This document shows positions 8,256 to 17,913 of a DNA stretch of 64,000 nt, piece by piece. The first letter of the stretch is position 1. Each line of letters starts with the position of its first letter. A program made the position numbers and the translations under genes. This DNA is from Patescibacteria group bacterium UBA7435 (GTDB lineage: Bacteria; Patescibacteriota; Minisyncoccia; Phycocordibacterales; UBA918). Where the stretch lies: positions 24,528 through 88,527 of the forward strand of contig DLQJ01000016.1 in the NCBI GenBank assembly GCA_002477545.1, given 5' to 3'. The notes beneath the pieces were generated by a model. It was not told where the DNA came from. It did not search any database and saw nothing but the letters and a program-made list of their open reading frames with translations.

Positions 8256-10728
8256 AGAAATAGACGATTGAAGCGATGGAATCACCCGCTCGCATCTTCA
8301 TCACCTTCACCCCTTGCGTATCTCGTCCAAGCGTCGGAACATCCTTAAGCGGTAGCTTAATCACCTGTCCTTTCTTGCTCATTACCACCAACTCTCCTTC
8401 TTTTCGATCTTCCAGAGTAAGCGCTGCTGCTCCAACTACTTTTCCAGTCTTAGAGGTTACCTTTGCAGTCTTAATACCACTTCCTCCACGATTTTGTGTT
8501 TTGTATTCTTTTGCGTGAGTAGTTTTACCAAATCCATTTTCCATTACCACCAAGATCTCTCGGTCGGCCTCTCCCTTCTTAAGCACATCAGCAGAAACGA
8601 TATGGTCATCCTTCTTCATCTTCATACCCGTAACTCCAGCTGCAGTACGCCCCATTTGACGCACATCTTCTTCTTTAAAGCGGATTGCTTGTCCATTGTA
8701 TGTAATAAGAGACACCTCATCACCTGCACCAACAAATGATGCCGCAATTAACGAGTCTTCTGATTTAAGCGTAATCGCAATAAGTCCGCTTCGTCGTACG
8801 TCCTTAAATGCTGACGCATCAGATTTCTTGATCACACCGTTTTTTGTCACCATCATCAAGCTCCAGTCTCCCTCCCAATCTTCTTTACGTACCGGAAGTA
8901 CCGAAGTAACACGCTCATCAGCGGTCATAGATAAGAAGTTCATGATTGACTTACCTTTAGTTGCTCGACGTCCTTCAGGAATCTCATACATCTTGCATTG
9001 GTATACCTTTCCTTTATCAGTAAAGAACAGAAGGTCACTGTGTGCTGAAGTAGTTAGAAGTGTTGTTACCACATCTTCTTCTTTGGTATTAAGATCAACC
9101 ACACCAACACCACCACGTTTCTGTGTTTTGTATTCTGATGGGTTGGTTCGCTTTACGTATCCACCCTGCGTAAGCACCAATACACTTTCTTCGTCGGCGA
9201 TAAGATCTTCAGGACTCATGTTTTTCACACCTCCCTTTACGATCTTAGTACGTCGATCGTCACCAAACTTCTGTGCAGCCTCAGCAAGCTCGGACTTCAC
9301 AATCCCCATCATCTTCTTCTTGTTCTTAAGAATTGCTTCGAGTTCTTTAATGAGCGTTTGCAGAATTGCTAACTCATCCTCAATCTTCTTACGCTCAAGT
9401 CCTGCGAGCTTCTGCAATCGCATATCAAGAATCGCCTGTGCTTGCACCTCAGAGAATTTAAATTCCTTCATCAATGCAGCGTGTGCTGTTGGCACATCCT
9501 TTGCTGCTCGAATAAGTTTAATGATCTTATCAATATGATCCAGTGCCTTCTTCAGACCAAGCAAGATATGCTCTCGATCTTGTGCCTTAGTCAGGTCGTA
9601 TTGTGTACGACGCTTGATTACATCAGCTCGATGCTTAATGTACTCCTCAAGAATCACCTTTAATGAGAGTGTCTGTGGCACACCGTTAACCAACGCCACC
9701 ATGTTGTAATGGAACGTATCTTCAAGTTGTGTGTGCTTGTATAGTTTATTTAAAACAGTCTGTGGATTTCCAGTAGAACGTAGGTCAATTACTACACGAA
9801 TATCTGAAGTAGACTCATCTCGCATTTCTTTAATACCCTCAATCTTCTTATCGCGCACAAGGTTTGCAATCTTCTCCTGCATGTCCGCCTTGTTCACACG
9901 GAATGGGATAGAGGTAATGATGATTGAGAAGTTTCCTTTCTTGTCTTCTACTATCTCAGCTTCACCACGCACTACCACTCCTCCTTTACCGTTAGCATAT
10001 GCGTGTGCGATTGCCTTTTTATCAAATGCTACTCCTCCCATTGGGAAGTCAGGGCCTTGCACAAACTTAAGTAGATCATTAGTCGATGCTTCAGGGTTGT
10101 CAATCAAATGTTCAACAGCTGCTGCAATTTCTCGCAGGTTGTGAGGAGGGATATTTGTTGCCATTCCTACGGCAATACCAAGAGTACCCATCAAAAGAAG
10201 GTTCGGTAGTCCGGCAGGAAGTACCTCTGGCTCTTTCTTCGTCCCGTCAAAGTTTGGACGCCAGTTTACCGTGTCTTTTTCTAGATCACGTAACATCTCT
10301 TCAGAGATCTTCGACATTTTTGCTTCAGTATATCGATATGCAGCAGCTGAGTCACCATCAATAGAACCAAAGTTTCCTTGTCCGATAACCATTGGGTACC
10401 GAGTGGTAAACTCCTGAGCAAGCTTTACCATTGATTCGTACACAGCTGTGTCCCCATGCGGATGGAAACTACCAAGAACGTCCCCAACTACCGTTGCAGA
10501 CTTTCGAAATTTTGCAGTTGAGGTTAGACCATTAAGACGCATCGAGTATAAAATACGTCGGTGCACAGGCTTCAGACCATCACGAACATCAGGCAGAGCC
10601 CGCGATGTAATCACTGACATTGCGTAATCAAGATATGCTGTACGCATCTCATCAGCGATATTCTGAGGAATGATCCCACGAATGTTTTCAGGTGCTGCGC
10701 TGTCTTCCTTAATAGTCTTTTTCGGCAT
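8254..10728 (-). CDS. gyrA: DNA gyrase subunit A
   Basis: [21 protein letters not shown], catalytic AAAYRYTE, GyrA box QKRGGVG. Confidence 0.99.
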   Translation of the reverse strand: MPKKTIKEDSAAPENIRGIIPQNIADEMRTAYLDYAMSVITSRALPDVRDGLKPVHRRILYSMRLNGLTSTAKFRKSATVVGDVLGSFHPHGDTAVYESMVKLAQEFTTRYPMVIGQGNFGSIDGDSAAAYRYTEAKMSKISEEMLRDLEKDTVNWRPNFDGTKKEPEVLPAGLPNLLLMGTLGIAVGMATNIPPHNLREIAAAVEHLIDNPEASTNDLLKFVQGPDFPMGGVAFDKKAIAHAYANGKGGVVVRGEAEIVEDKKGNFSIIITSIPFRVNKADMQEKIANLVRDKKIEGIKEMRDESTSDIRVVIDLRSTGNPQTVLNKLYKHTQLEDTFHYNMVALVNGVPQTLSLKVILEEYIKHRADVIKRRTQYDLTKAQDREHILLGLKKALDHIDKIIKLIRAAKDVPTAHAALMKEFKFSEVQAQAILDMRLQKLAGLERKKIEDELAILQTLIKELEAILKNKKKMMGIVKSELAEAAQKFGDDRRTKIVKGGVKNMSPEDLIADEESVLVLTQGGYVKRTNPSEYKTQKRGGVGVVDLNTKEEDVVTTLLTTSAHSDLLFFTDKGKVYQCKMYEIPEGRRATKGKSIMNFLSMTADERVTSVLPVRKEDWEGDWSLMMVTKNGVIKKSDASAFKDVRRSGLIAITLKSEDSLIAASFVGAGDEVSLITYNGQAIRFKEEDVRQMGRTAAGVTGMKMKKDDHIVSADVLKKGEADREILVVMENGFGKTTHAKEYKTQNRGGSGIKTAKVTSKTGKVVGAAALTLEDRKEGELVVMSKKGQVIKLPLKDVPTLGRDTQGVKVMKMRAGDSIASIVYF

Positions 10729-10786
10729 AGATTTCTGTAGCTACTAAAATGTCTGAATAAATATGATGATTATTGTAGCATAATCA

Positions 10787-11185
10787 CTACTGTGTTGAAG
10801 TACTCGTCTTCTTTGTGGTGGTTCCAATAAGGACCGTACGTTTTTGTACAGTTGGTTTCTCGACCTCAGGGGCTTCTGATGTGGTTGACGCTACAAAGAA
10901 AGTATTAAAGTCCATGCCGTCAACAATGATTTCTTCTGGGACTTCCGTTTCTTTCTCAGCCTCAGGGGTAGAAATTAAATTACGAAGATCTGAAAAGGTT
11001 CGAGAAACACCGCCTTGCAATTCAACTTCTGGCGTTGCTACCGTATTAAAAAATGCAAGTTTGGCGGGTACACTCACTAACCAGAAAAGTATTATCACCG
11101 AGGTAAACAAAGCTGCCGTCCAGAACGCATATCTGTTTCGGACTTCTTTGGGTGCTTTTCGCAATGCTTCAATTTTTTTTAACAT
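10787..11185 (-). CDS. Hypothetical single-TM protein
   Basis: Basic N-terminus followed by one TM; co-oriented with gyrA. Confidence 0.7.
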   Translation of the reverse strand: MLKKIEALRKAPKEVRNRYAFWTAALFTSVIILFWLVSVPAKLAFFNTVATPEVELQGGVSRTFSDLRNLISTPEAEKETEVPEEIIVDGMDFNTFFVASTTSEAPEVEKPTVQKRTVLIGTTTKKTSTSTQ

Positions 11186-11384
11186 GAATGAATGAATAAA
11201 GAAGTGTAACGACTATTATGAATTGCCCTAATTTTTAAGAAGACCTCAGTCGACTATAAAAATGGAAATACCCTTGGGGTGCACGTCCCGATTTTTTTCT
11301 CCCCTGAGAAAATCGCTGGACGAAGAAACTCTCAAGTATCACCTAACTTTAAATAGAGATCCTCAGTTACATCATCTTTTCTTT

Positions 11385-12005
11385 TTACGACTTCAACACA
11401 TGAATCTCACCGCTCATCACTGCGACATCCTTCTTCTTAAGTGTCAGTTTATCTTCTGGCTTTCCGTTAGAACTCCCTTCTTCTTTAAGAAAGGCCTCGA
11501 GTGCTGCTTTTTCGTAATGCATTGGGATAATACACTTCGCCTCAAGTTTTGTTGCAAGCTTCGAAGCTTGTGGAACCTCAAGCACATCACCTCCACCAAT
11601 AGGAACAAAGAGAATATCAATATCTCCTAATTCCCCAAGAATCTTTGGGTCAATCTCATGATCGCTTAATGCACCAAGGAACACAATATTCATACCTTCA
11701 AGTGTCACCTGATAGATTGTGTTGTATCGCTCTACTTTATCGTAGGTGGTTTTCACTCCATATCCTCGACCTGTTACGTCACCAATTTCATATTCTCCAG
11801 GGCCGTCAACCACAAATGGTTGCTTATTACCGTGTGCAACTTGATCTGCTCCATTAAAATCAGCGTGCTGCATTGAAATAAACGCAACGTCAGAACCAAA
11901 CTTAACTGCTGATAACTTCGATTTCTTCGAAATAGGGTCAAATGCAAGCGTTGTGTCACCAAATGACACCTTAAAGCACTGCCCACCGTGATGTGTAATT
12001 ACCAT
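11385..12005 (-). CDS. MBL-fold metallo-hydrolase-like protein
   Basis: ITHHGGQCFKV, DGPGEYE, DILFVPIGG, IIPMHY; the HxHxDH motif is degenerate. Confidence 0.8.
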   Translation of the reverse strand: MVITHHGGQCFKVSFGDTTLAFDPISKKSKLSAVKFGSDVAFISMQHADFNGADQVAHGNKQPFVVDGPGEYEIGDVTGRGYGVKTTYDKVERYNTIYQVTLEGMNIVFLGALSDHEIDPKILGELGDIDILFVPIGGGDVLEVPQASKLATKLEAKCIIPMHYEKAALEAFLKEEGSSNGKPEDKLTLKKKDVAVMSGEIHVLKS

Positions 12006-12107
12006 AATGGCACTAGTATACAGCAAGACCTACTTTTGTGTATATATTTACAGAATGTGTACATGACTTAAAGTAAAAGCATTATCAGGTCGTAACACTT
12101 TAAAAAC

Positions 12108-12136
12108 TTGACAAATCTGTCTGAAGGTGTTAAAGT
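12108..12136 (+). promoter_or_regulatory. Sigma70 promoter with no downstream ORF
   Basis: TTGACA-N17-TAAAGT. Confidence 0.55.
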
Positions 12137-12142
12137 AGTTGC

Positions 12143-12348
12143 AGTAACGAGTATCAAGACGTGTGTATTACGTCTAGTGCCCAGTACCTTAACGATTACT
12201 GACTTGTATGTTAGACGAGTAACGAGTGTTTGAAGACGGAACGCGTATTGTTCCAAATTATTTAGAATACCCTCCTCTCTTCCTGCAATTTGCTGAATTG
12301 TAATTCAGGAAGAATAAAGGCTGTCACAAATTTGTGACAGCCTTTTTT
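12143..12348 (+). ncRNA. Candidate ~200-nt sRNA
   Basis: Lies between the promoter and terminator AAAGGCTGTCACAAA/TTTGTGACAGCCTTT; contains an internally duplicated motif. Confidence 0.4.
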
Positions 12349-12573
12349 ATTGCACATTTCACTATATATAGTATAGTAGCGCCACTTCAAATGAAGTTTA
12401 CTACCGAGCGAACGAGCGTCGCAGAAATGTTTACATTTCTATGACCGAGTGAGCGAAGGAAGGAACGCAGTTATTAATTTCTAGCGACACACGTTAAATC
12501 CCGCGCTCACGGACTATGGCCAGAGCATCGGTTGCGCGGACGCGTGTCGTCGGATACAAACACATATTTTATT

Positions 12574-13674
12574 ATGTCAGAAGCAACTACAACAGTTGAG
12601 ACTGGAGCAATGCATACATACATTGCTGAAAGTCCCGCACCACCAAAAGTTGGTGAATTAATCGAAGGAACCGTCTCAGCAATCGGCCGAGCGCGTGTAT
12701 TTATCGACCTACATCCTTTCGGATCAGGTCTAATTTTCGGACGTGAATACATGAACGCACGAGACATCCTGCGAAAAGTATCAGTTGGAGACTCAATCGC
12801 TGCGAAAGTAGTTGATGCAGGAAACCAAGATGGATACATTGAACTATCACTTAAGGAAGCGCGACAAGCACTTATCTGGGGTGACGCTGAAGCTGCAGCA
12901 AAGAGTCAGAACATCCTTTCTCTTGAAGTTAAGGAAGCAAACAAGGGAGGACTTATCATCGAATGGCAAGGCATCATGGGGTTCCTTCCAGCATCACAGC
13001 TTTCTGCTGAAAACTACCCACGGGTAGCTGATGGAGATAAGGATAAAATCCTAACTGCTCTAAACGACTTGGTTGGTAAGAACCTGAACGTGATCATCAT
13101 CACTGCTGATCAGAAGGAAGGAAAACTTATCTTCTCAGAAAAGGGTCCACAAGAAACAAAGGCGAAGGAAGAAAAGGTAAACAAATACGAAGTTGGTAAC
13201 GTACTTAACGGTGAAGTTACTGGAGCAGTAGACTTCGGAGTATTTGTAAAGATCGAAGATGGTCTAGAAGGACTTGTACACATCTCTGAGCTAGATTGGG
13301 GACTTGTAGAAGACACACGTACACTCTTCAAGGTTGGAGATAAGGTACAGGTGAAGGTTATTGAAGTGAAGGACGACAAGATTTCACTCTCAATCAAGCA
13401 ACTACGAGAAAACCCATGGAGCACCGCAGCTTCTAAGTACAAGAAAGATGACTCTGTAAACGGAGTGGTAATCAAGTACAACAAGCATGGTGCACTTGCA
13501 TCAATTGAAGAAGGTGTTGCAGGACTCGTACACATCTCTGAATTTGAAAGTGAAGACGATCTGAAGACACAACTTCCACTTGGAAGTGTGCACCAGTTCA
13601 AGATCTCACTATTTGAACCAAAAGAACAACGAATGACGCTGACGTTCAAGGAGGCAGAGGCTAAAACTGAATAG
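12574..13674 (+). CDS. rpsA: 30S ribosomal protein bS1 (4 S1 domains)
   Basis: NKGGL, GFLPASQL and two GLVHISE repeats. Confidence 0.93.
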   Translation: MSEATTTVETGAMHTYIAESPAPPKVGELIEGTVSAIGRARVFIDLHPFGSGLIFGREYMNARDILRKVSVGDSIAAKVVDAGNQDGYIELSLKEARQALIWGDAEAAAKSQNILSLEVKEANKGGLIIEWQGIMGFLPASQLSAENYPRVADGDKDKILTALNDLVGKNLNVIIITADQKEGKLIFSEKGPQETKAKEEKVNKYEVGNVLNGEVTGAVDFGVFVKIEDGLEGLVHISELDWGLVEDTRTLFKVGDKVQVKVIEVKDDKISLSIKQLRENPWSTAASKYKKDDSVNGVVIKYNKHGALASIEEGVAGLVHISEFESEDDLKTQLPLGSVHQFKISLFEPKEQRMTLTFKEAEAKTE

Positions 13675-13684
13675 TCGAGCTCAA

Positions 13685-13722
13685 CAAAAAGAAAAGCACC
13701 CAACTGGGTGCTTTTCTTTTTG
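13685..13722. terminator. Bidirectional intrinsic terminator
   Basis: 18-bp inverted repeat between convergent rpsA and pth. Confidence 0.8.
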
Positions 13723-13731
13723 CGTGTGATC

Positions 13732-14313
13732 TTAGTTATATTGATTCATCGTCTTCTCCAGCCCTTCAGTAACCAGACACTCTATCGCCTTTGTTGCATA
13801 CATAAGTGACTGCTCCACATCCTTCTGCTCCCTTTTCTTAAAATCCCCTAGTACATGCTTCGGCAGCCGCGCGCCCTTAGGCCGCTTAGTAGCTCCAAAG
13901 AAACTTACTGGAGCAATACCAACACGCACACGAACAAAATCCTTAGTACCCAACGACGCAATAATAGATTTAATGCCGTTATGTCCTCCATCCCCTCTTC
14001 CTGATGAGACTTTAATCTCACCCGTGGGTAGATCAACATCGTCATACACCACCACAAGATTTCCTTCAGCTCCCTTGGGTACAAGTTTTTTAACTGCGCT
14101 ACCTGACTTATTCATGAACGTGTCTGGGTACAGCAAGGTTACCTCGTGCTCGCCGAGCATTCCTTCAGACACACGTCCCGCAAACTTACTTGAAGTGAAT
14201 GGCGACGGAAGTCCCTTGGTTTCAATTAGATAATTCAAAACCATCCACCCGACGTTGTGTCGGGTGGTTTCATATTCTTTTCCGGGGTTACCTAACCCAA
14301 CGATATAAAACAT
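13732..14313 (-). CDS. pth: Peptidyl-tRNA hydrolase
   Basis: IVGLGNPG, TRHNVG, FMNKSG, GGHNGIKS. Confidence 0.97.
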   Translation of the reverse strand: MFYIVGLGNPGKEYETTRHNVGWMVLNYLIETKGLPSPFTSSKFAGRVSEGMLGEHEVTLLYPDTFMNKSGSAVKKLVPKGAEGNLVVVYDDVDLPTGEIKVSSGRGDGGHNGIKSIIASLGTKDFVRVRVGIAPVSFFGATKRPKGARLPKHVLGDFKKREQKDVEQSLMYATKAIECLVTEGLEKTMNQYN

Positions 14314-14332
14314 ACGTGCAGTATAGCAAACG

Positions 14333-14390
14333 AAATGTGTAAGGGTAGTCCTTTCACATCATGATGTGAAAGGACTACCCTTACACATTT
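14333..14390. repeat. 58-bp perfect palindrome
   Basis: AAATGTGTAAGGGTAGTCCTTTCACATCA followed directly by its reverse complement. Confidence 0.92.
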
Positions 14391-14454
14391 ACGCTTTTTT
14401 GCTTTGAAGCAAAATTTCGATTATACTAGTACATAATACATTTCTAACAACGTT

Positions 14455-15105
14455 ATGAGTACCTTACAAAACAACCAAACAGAAGATCAAAACACTGAGG
14501 AGATGGTTGTGAACAAGAAGGAAGGAAAGCAAATACATCCCCTTGCTGAGATTATTCAATTTGCGCTGATCGCACTGATCATCGTTATCCCAGTACGTTG
14601 GTTTATCGCACAACCATTCATCGTCTCAGGAGCTTCAATGGAAAACACCTTCCATTCAGGCGAGTATCTTATTGTTGATCAGTTATCGTATCGCTTTAGC
14701 GAACCAGAAGCAGGAGACGTGATTGTGTTTCGATATCCGCGCAATCCCTCAACTTTCTTTATTAAAAGAATCGTGGGTGCTCCTGGGGACACAATTGCTA
14801 TTGATGGAAATGTAGTAACGATAACCAACGACGAACATCCAAACGGCTATGTACTAGACGAGCCCTATATTGCTGATATGACTCCAAATACCTTCATAAC
14901 CGAAGAATTAGGAGATCGTGAATATTTTGTTATGGGTGACAATCGTGACAAAAGTTCAGACTCACGTGTATGGGGAATACTCCAAAGAGAAAACATCATT
15001 GGCGAAGCATTCTTACGACTCTTCCCTTTCAATGAAATTGATGTACACCCAGGAGAGTACATACTAACAGGAACTGATATAGGAGACGTTACTAACAGTA
15101 ATTAA
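14455..15105 (+). CDS. lepB: Signal peptidase I
   Basis: VSGASM, FIKRIVG, GDNRDKSSDSR. Confidence 0.96.
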   Translation: MSTLQNNQTEDQNTEEMVVNKKEGKQIHPLAEIIQFALIALIIVIPVRWFIAQPFIVSGASMENTFHSGEYLIVDQLSYRFSEPEAGDVIVFRYPRNPSTFFIKRIVGAPGDTIAIDGNVVTITNDEHPNGYVLDEPYIADMTPNTFITEELGDREYFVMGDNRDKSSDSRVWGILQRENIIGEAFLRLFPFNEIDVHPGEYILTGTDIGDVTNSN

Positions 15106-15113
15106 TAAATATT

Positions 15114-16292
15114 ATGGATGTCACTGCAACAGATTTTTTGAAACAAGCAACCAGCACCGCTGAATACTTCGGCTTCAAAACCGTCGATGCGGTAAAAAAA
15201 CATCCTGAATGTAAAAGCTGTAAAAAGAAACTGAAACATAGCGCTAGTGCGGTGGACCGTCGTAATGACGCACTACATGGCATGCTTACCTCAGGAATGA
15301 CTTCATTTTGTGATTCAAAGCTACATGAAATTGAAGCACCAGTGCTTTTCTATACCACCGAACAGGTCCCTCGCACCGGTGAGGCTGCTATCACCCTGCA
15401 GGTATTTAACGTAGAAAAAAGTATCGCTGAAGCAATACTCATTCACGCAACAAAGGCACTGGCTACTGATCTTGGCTTTGAAAACCATAGTGTACGTATC
15501 AACTCACTTGGTGATCGTGATTCTTCAGTACGGTACATCCGCGAACTTACTAACTACCTCAAGAAACGCATGGACGATATGCCTGAGGCTGCACGTGAAC
15601 TCATGAAAGAGCATTCTCTAACCGCACTTGCACACCTCATTGAAAAAGACCACGAACTTGCATACAAAACACCAAATCCGCTTGAATACCTTACCGATAA
15701 AAGCCGGAAGCACTTCAGAGAAATTATCGAATACTTAGACCTTGCTGATACCCAGTACGAAATTGATCCAAAACTTATTGGACATCATGAGTGCTATTCT
15801 GATGCATTATTCAGCATCGATATGCTCGACGATGAAGGTTCTCGAATACAACAACCAGAGCTTATGATTAAGGGTGGTCGCTACAACGAATTTGTATATC
15901 GAAACACAGAGCGTCATATTCCGGCTGCAGGAGCAGTGGTGGTATTGCGCGACAAGAAAGGACCCGCGCGCTTCCCTAAGGTAAAGCTCGCAGTGCCATC
16001 AGTATACGTAGTACAACTTGGCTTTGGACCTAAGATCAAAAGCCTTATCCTTGTAGACGAACTACGTAAATCAGGTATTCACGTACATCAAAACCTTGCA
16101 TGTGATTCACTCTCAGAACAATTACGGGATGCAGAAGCCAAAGGAGTCACCTATACTGTCATTACCGGACAAAAAGAGTTTGTAGAAGGTGCAGTGATCC
16201 TCCGCGACATGCGTGCCCGAACACAAGAACAAATCTCAACTGAAGCCTTGCTCACAAGATTACGACGATCTTCCAAAGTAGCGAGTATATAA
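15114..16292 (+). CDS. Histidyl-tRNA synthetase-like paralogue (degenerate catalytic domain, anticodon-binding domain retained)
   Basis: VRINSLGD, NPL, KGGRY and a C-terminal HGTP-type domain; class II motifs 1 and 2 not recognisable. Confidence 0.75.
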   Translation: MDVTATDFLKQATSTAEYFGFKTVDAVKKHPECKSCKKKLKHSASAVDRRNDALHGMLTSGMTSFCDSKLHEIEAPVLFYTTEQVPRTGEAAITLQVFNVEKSIAEAILIHATKALATDLGFENHSVRINSLGDRDSSVRYIRELTNYLKKRMDDMPEAARELMKEHSLTALAHLIEKDHELAYKTPNPLEYLTDKSRKHFREIIEYLDLADTQYEIDPKLIGHHECYSDALFSIDMLDDEGSRIQQPELMIKGGRYNEFVYRNTERHIPAAGAVVVLRDKKGPARFPKVKLAVPSVYVVQLGFGPKIKSLILVDELRKSGIHVHQNLACDSLSEQLRDAEAKGVTYTVITGQKEFVEGAVILRDMRARTQEQISTEALLTRLRRSSKVASI

Positions 16293-16294
16293 GT

Positions 16295-16326
16295 AAAAAA
16301 GCCGAGGCGGTTGCCTCGGCTTTTTT
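16295..16326. terminator. Bidirectional intrinsic terminator
   Basis: AAAAAAGCCGAGGC-GGTT-GCCTCGGCTTTTTT. Confidence 0.8.
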
Positions 16327-16328
16327 GA

Positions 16329-17000
16329 TCACGCTTCCATTAGTGATCGATATAGTGGGTCAGCTCTCATTCGCGCACTGTGTTCTTCAGCACGAATTTC
16401 TTTCATCGTCTGTGCGAACCACTGCATTTCCGAACCAGAGGGATGTCGCATGATCAGGAACTGTGCTGATAATTTTATTGTGACAACACGAGTAAACCAT
16501 TGCCCATCCTTCATGTACCGTTCTCCAACCATTACTTGATGACCTCTAGAGATACGCATAAGAGAGGTCTTAGCATCTTCCCATGCTTCACCCAAAACAA
16601 AGTGTCCATCTCGATAACGATTTGTTGGGTGCATAAGCACTCCACCGACAACCATTTCAAAAGGATCGCCAGTGTACGGATCGCCAAATGGAAGTACTAG
16701 ATTTGATGTGAGGTGTAAGATACAAGCATCTTTCCCTTCATCGCAAAGAACAGAGGTGGGACCTTTACGTACATAACATGCATTGTAGATTCTTTTGTCA
16801 GAACGCTCCGTGTCACTTAAATACAAGCCATCGGTCATGAGGCCCTTTTTTCTTCGTGAGAATTGTTGTTCCAAACAAAAATGTGGAATAAAGCGCACAT
16901 TGCCGTCCACGCAAGCCAATCCTTTTTCAAGGGCTCCGTACTGATTAAGCGTAATACAATTCTGATGAAGTCTACCAATACGGCTATGCTTCTTTTTCAT
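16329..17000 (-). CDS. Hypothetical protein
   Basis: Long ORF ending at a terminator; GAAAGGA upstream of MKKKH; no recognisable family. Confidence 0.55.
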   Translation of the reverse strand: MKKKHSRIGRLHQNCITLNQYGALEKGLACVDGNVRFIPHFCLEQQFSRRKKGLMTDGLYLSDTERSDKRIYNACYVRKGPTSVLCDEGKDACILHLTSNLVLPFGDPYTGDPFEMVVGGVLMHPTNRYRDGHFVLGEAWEDAKTSLMRISRGHQVMVGERYMKDGQWFTRVVTIKLSAQFLIMRHPSGSEMQWFAQTMKEIRAEEHSARMRADPLYRSLMEA

Positions 17001-17109
17001 GTTTTTTCCTTTCGAACTCAATCTATCAACATATAACCAAAATACACCATAAATAGCAATGGTAAACGCTTGCACTCCTTGGATGAAGATGCTATTCTTG
17101 CGCGCATAT

Positions 17110-17355
17110 ATGGCAATAAACGTTCAAATCGAAAAGAATAATAACGAAAGTAGCGCGAACGTAATTCGGCGTTTTACTAAGCGGGTGCAGGGATCAGGAA
17201 TTATCCCACGTATGCGTAAGAATCGTTATTTCACTCGTTTAAAGAGTGAAAATGTACGAAAGACAGGGCGTCTTAAGAAGCTTAATAAGAAAGCAATATA
17301 CGAGGAACAGTTGAAGCTTGGAAAAATCCAGGAACGACCAGGACGACGACGATAA
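17110..17355 (+). CDS. rpsU: Ribosomal protein bS21-like
   Basis: NESSANVIRRFTKRVQGSGI pattern; very basic. Confidence 0.7.
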   Translation: MAINVQIEKNNNESSANVIRRFTKRVQGSGIIPRMRKNRYFTRLKSENVRKTGRLKKLNKKAIYEEQLKLGKIQERPGRRR

Positions 17356-17458
17356 GCATCATACAAAGAGCGGTCCTACGGACCGCTCTTTGTATACCCT
17401 TTCTATTACAAGGGCTAGCCTTGTAATCTGCTCATGCTAGACTTTACTCACAAATACT

Positions 17459-17839
17459 ATGGAAACATTTGCCATCACATCAACTGCACGCAGTTATCCA
17501 AAACTACCGTACGAAGCTATAAAAAACGATATTCTGGGCAAGAAATACGATCTTTCTTTGGCTTTTATTGGTGGGATTCGTGCACAAAAACTTAATGAGG
17601 AACATCGGGGTAAGATCTATACGCCAAACGTACTCTCCTTCCCTCTGGATGATGCTATCGGCGAAATATTCATTACACCTACCGTTGCTAAGAAAGAAGC
17701 TCATAAATTCAACCTCTCACACAAAGGGTACATAGGCTTTCTGTTCATTCATGGATGTCTACACCTCAAAGGTCTCCCGCATGGAGATAAAATGGACAAA
17801 CTCGAGCAAAAGTATGTAATGAAGTACAAACTGCGTTAA
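17459..17839 (+). CDS. ybeY: rRNA maturation endoribonuclease YbeY
   Basis: NVLSFP; HGCLHLKGLPH zinc motif. Confidence 0.92.
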   Translation: METFAITSTARSYPKLPYEAIKNDILGKKYDLSLAFIGGIRAQKLNEEHRGKIYTPNVLSFPLDDAIGEIFITPTVAKKEAHKFNLSHKGYIGFLFIHGCLHLKGLPHGDKMDKLEQKYVMKYKLR

Positions 17840-17913
17840 AAGCCGTTATAGACCTATCCACAAGGGTATAGCAAGCCTGGGTGCTATACTATTACTAATA
17901 GAATCTAGGTATT

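Noticed and set aside
8696-9538. 280-aa antisense ORF inside gyrA, and similar shadows in rpsA, the TPR gene and others
   Set aside because: Explained by codon-bias shadows opposite conserved genes.
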